A stretch of DNA of 63,986 bases, the filler included, from Octopus bimaculoides (Eukaryota): NCBI RefSeq assembly GCF_001194135.2. It is 7 parts of 6 records of this genome, joined end to end, with 100 filler letters (N's around TTAATTAATTAA, not from the genome) between each part and the next. Parts side by side here need not be neighbours in the genome. Positions count along the whole stretch, not along the records: positions 60,265 to 62,650 come from NW_026365198.1; positions 62,751 to 63,986 come from NC_068981.1; 5 more parts are not named here. One strand, 5' to 3'. Positions 60,265 to 63,986 of this stretch are shown piece after piece. Below the pieces are notes generated by a model. The model saw only the letters and a program-made list of their open reading frames with translations. It was not told where the DNA came from and made no database searches. Positions within the stretch are counted from its first letter, which is position 1. The number at the start of each line of letters is the position of its first letter. The translations under genes and the position numbers were made by a program.

Positions 60265-61535
60265 GTCTTTAACGTTTCGAGCCTACGCTCTTCCATAGAA
60301 AGGAACTCAGAAAGGAACAAGGAGAGAAAAAAAAATGTGTGTAGTGTTTAGCGATCTATCATGGCTAATGCTGGACAGAAGGGTCACACAGGAGAGCTAA
60401 GAAGAATGGGAGATAACAAGGTAGTAGTGATCCCAAGACGAAGGTGCACGTGTGTAAGAGAGTATGTTTGTGTGTGTGAAAGAGGGCTGGTGATCTTGAC
60501 ATGTGCGTGTGTGTATGTGTAGGTGTGAAAATGTGAGGATGGGAATTGGTCAGTGGTGGTGTATGCATGGTGGTGTGATGTGATGTGTTGTGTGGTGTGG
60601 TATGGTATGGTGTAGTGTGGTGTGGTGTGATGGTGGTGGGAGTGGTGTGAGTGGCGAAAGCATGGGTGGGGTGTGGGTTAGGCTGAGGGTGGGGGTAGAG
60701 GTTTGGTATGTGGGTAGGCAGAGGGTGTGGGTAGGTGGGCTATTTGGGGAGGTAGGGGATGTGGCAGAGGTTGTAAGGGATGGGNNNNNNNNNNNNNNNN
60801 NNNNNNNNNNNNNNNNNNNNNNNNNNNNNNNNNNNNNNNNNNNNNNNNNNNNNNNNNNNNNNNNNNNAGAGTAGTGCTGAAGAGAAGTAGAGGTGAAGAG
60901 GAGAGGTGGGTGGGAGGAAGTAGGAGGGAGGGTGCCGATGATGGATGCTGGTGAGGAGGGTGGTGTTGGAGAGGGAAGGGCAAGTGTGGCAGCGTGGGCA
61001 GGAGCAAGGGAATGAGCCAGGTTGGGAGGTTGGGTTGGAGAAGAAGCTGTGGACCAAGAGGTCTCGTAGCTTGTGAGCTCATTTGGAGGAGGGGATGGGT
61101 CGGACTGGAGGCGCTGGAAAGCTTGGAGAATGGTGCGTTATAGAAGTAGTGGTGGGGTGGTAGGTGAGGGGAAAGGGGAGGCCTGATACGGCAGGGTGGG
61201 TTTGGGAGCAGATGCACTGTCCACGGAACGTACTCTGGCAATGTGGATATCCATGAAGGATGAAGTGGCTAGCCATGAGTTGAGACTGAGTCTCAAAATC
61301 ATGGTCATCACTACAGAGCCTGCATAGATGGAGGAATTGGGAATAGATGGAAAGCTTGGTGTGTTTAAGGTGGGAGGAGAAGTTGAGGTATGAGTGTTAG
61401 TCTGTGTGTTTGTAGTGGATGGAGGTGGTAAGAGTGGAGAGATGAATGCTGACCGAAATGTCAAGAAAGGAGACAGAGGTGTCAGAGATAGTGCAGGAGA
61501 AGTGGAGGGCAGGATGGTAAGATTTGACAAAAGAG
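60265..61535 (-). mobile_element. Penelope-like element 3' part (RT thumb, Cys-rich linker, tail with a decayed hammerhead-like motif)
   Basis: YHPALHFSCTISDTSVSFLDISV..TSIHYKHTD.HSYLNFSSSH..; LCSDDHDFETQSQLMASHFILHGYP; PGSFPCSCPRCHTCP. Tail reads CTTT-CTATGGA-A-GAGC-gtag-GCTC-GAAACGTT-AAAG at 60302-60267. Confidence 0.85.
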
Positions 61536-62544
61536 AAGAATTTTTCACTATGACATTTCTGTGATACATGATCCCTATTGGTCGCCCCCTCCCCCTTTTT
61601 TTCTTCGATCCCCTTTGATCAAAGTTCTACCCAACCTTTTTTCTTTCCTTCCCAAAAGAAAAGCTCTACTTTGTATTTTATCCCCTCTATGTTCAGCCCT
61701 GTGTGGCCAATAAAGAAACATGTCTGTCTGCCTGTCTGCCTGCTTGCCTGCCTGCCTGTCTGCCTGCTTGCCTGCCTGCCTGCAGACATAAGAAACAGAT
61801 AGCAATTTCTGTTGTTCCCTTATGTACACATCTGACATGATTATTAAAGTCACAAGCATATTATTTTTCGGAATAAATAGTCATAACAATAAATCATGTG
61901 GTTATTAAATATCTTGTACCTCTTAAACATCTGAAGTTTGGTACATTTGAAACTAATTTACAAAGTGCGTTCATTGCAGCTAATTACCATAACTAGAACT
62001 CTTATATCAGAATAATTAAAGATATTTTTACATTTTAATGGTATTTGTTTTAAAATATCCACATTACTAGTATTCTACATTTCTGATGTACTACTAATGG
62101 AATAGGAATATGGCTGCCTTCCAATGAAATTTCCTTTCATAACACCTACACTCTTCCATTTCTTCTTTCTTGTCATGTTTTTCTAACTATAAAACTTTTG
62201 AATATCCTGTCATTTGTCTCAACATGTGAGATAGTATGAATTTGGGAAGGGTGTAACATTGAATTGTTGAAGCAGTGTCTAACAGTATTGCTCAGTCTTA
62301 GACCTAGTTAAAGATAGTAACTGGGTGGTAACTGATCTCATCAAGACTATGCCTACACAGACAAGTTTTTTTTTACATATGGTACTTCACTGATTGTTTT
62401 CAGTTGTTTTAAAGTCAGCTGCTGGTCAAATTACAGCAACATTTAATGTTCAGATAGGAGCTCTTGTATTCTAAGTAGCAACAGACTAATTGTTATTTTG
62501 GCATATCTCAGCAGAAAAAGTTAAATTAATTCCAGCTGATTATT

Positions 62545-62650
62545 TATTCATTCTTGCTGCCATTTTTGACACGTCGTTTCTGTTCTGTTTTCTACTGTAT
62601 ACGTCAAGTTTTGTCTTGAAGACCTCCGTATCCATGTCTTGCATGTCTCT
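62545..62650 (-). mobile_element. CR1-type 3' end fragment
   Basis: RDMQDMDTEVFKTKLDV resembles the CR1 C-terminus at about 49400. Confidence 0.5.
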
Positions 62651-62779
62651 NNNNNNNNNNNNNNNNNNNNNNNNNNNNNNNNNNNNNNNNNNNNTTAATT
62701 AATTAANNNNNNNNNNNNNNNNNNNNNNNNNNNNNNNNNNNNNNNNNNNNGTTAAACGATGATGATGATGATGATGATG

Positions 62780-62852
<73 letters not shown>

Positions 62853-62853
<1 letters not shown>

Positions 62854-63270
62854 GGCAGCAAGCTGGCAGAGTTGTTAGCATATCAGACAAAATGCTTCAC
62901 AGGATTTCTTCTTACTCGTTATGTTCCGAGTTCAAATTCTGCTGAGGTTGACTGTGCCTTTCATCCTTCCAGGGTCGATAAAATAAAAGTACCAGTCAAA
63001 TGCTAGGGTTGATGTGATCGACTCTAACCTTGCTGGCCTAGTGTCAAAATATGAAAGTTATTATCAGCAATATTGTTAGTACACCAGGCAAAGTGCTTAG
63101 CAACGTTTTTGCCTGTCGTTATGTTCTGAGTTCAAATTCCACCAAGAACCACTTTGCTTTTCATTTTCTCAAAGTCAATAAAATAAGTACCAGTTAAACA
63201 CTGGGGTCAATGTAATTTACTTACCCCATCCCAAAAATTGCTGACTTTATGCAAAAATTTGAAACCATTA
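62853..63270 (+). mobile_element. Two SINE family A copies following a (GAT)n/(TTA)n tail
   Basis: GGCAGCAAGCTGGCAGAGTTGTTAGCA head; body repeated twice. Confidence 0.85.
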
Positions 63271-63284
63271 TTGTTATTATTGTG

Positions 63285-63598
63285 CCAGTGGCACGTTAGA
63301 AAATCATTCGAGCGAGGTCATTGCCAGTGCCACTGGACTGGCTCCTGTGCAGGTGGCACATAAAAAACACCATTTTGAGTGAGGCCGTTGCTAGTACCGC
63401 ATGACTGGCCCTTGTGCCGGTGGCACTTAAATGCACCCACTACAATCTCAGAATGGTTGGCATTAAGAAGGGCATCCAGTTGTAGAAACTCTGCCAAATC
63501 AGATTGGAGCCTGGTGTAGCCACCTGGTTTCACCAGTCCTCAGTCAAACTGTCCAACCCATGCTAGCATGGAAAGCGGACGTTAAATGGTGATGATGA
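63285..63598 (+). mobile_element. SINE family C
   Basis: Colinear with 33569-33850. Confidence 0.85.
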
Positions 63599-63702
63599 TT
63601 TTATTGTCTTTGCACAGCTTCTAATGCTGGAGATGTACTATGGTGTTAGCTGTTCACTACCAGTGAATGAAGGTAATACCCCTTATTATTATTATTATTA
63701 TT

Positions 63703-63986
63703 CAGTAGTTTTATTTTTATAACGTGCTTTCACTTCACTACCAAGCGCAGCTCTGTGCGCCTTGGGTATGTGCTGTGGTTTGCTGTGGTGCTCTTATGTT
63801 TACTGTATTGAAAGTGTTTTGCGTAGAATGTGTGCAGTACCCAGTATTTTGAAAGTTTTTCCATTTCTTTTAGAGAAACGTTGTCATCTGCTGGTATTGA
63901 AACATCAATTAGAAGGCATTTTTTTCCTTCATGATCTTTGACAACTATATCTGGTCTATTGCCTTAATTTCTCTATCTGTGTGTAT
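63703..63986 (-). mobile_element. R4/Dong-clade 3' end: restriction-like endonuclease fragment, 3' UTR, (TAA)n
   Basis: IHTDREIK.NRPDIVVKD..K.CLLIDVSIP.D.NVS.KE.EKLSKY, a deletion, GTAHILRKTLS, then UTR and (TAA)n. Confidence 0.88.

Overview
AT-rich, microsatellite- and transposon-saturated eukaryotic DNA. By my recognition of the repeat landscape it is a coleoid cephalopod, most likely Octopus (inference, not a database result). About 15% of the window is N. Six 100-bp spacers (44 N + TTAATTAATTAA + 44 N) look like assembly linkers, so the window is probably seven concatenated pieces. I cannot identify an intact host protein-coding gene, and nearly all long ORFs in the track are artefacts of N runs or simple repeats. 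Supportable content: four recurrent SINE families; relics of three Penelope-like elements (PLEs); four R4/Dong-type fragments, all abutting (TAA)n; RTE and CR1 LINE ends, one RTE ending in three C2H2 fingers; a nearly intact L1/Tx1-type gag-like ORF1 sitting inside a SINE; mariner, Tc1-like and Merlin DNA transposons; and several MITE-like inverted repeats. The most interesting signal is a set of type I hammerhead-ribozyme-like motifs with self-complementary stem III: one with a fully canonical core at 12334-12440, one at 25991-26044, a divergent inverted pair at about 41.2-41.5 kb, and several decayed copies. Hammerheads in PLEs are known biology; whether these copies are active or form retrozyme-like units is untested.
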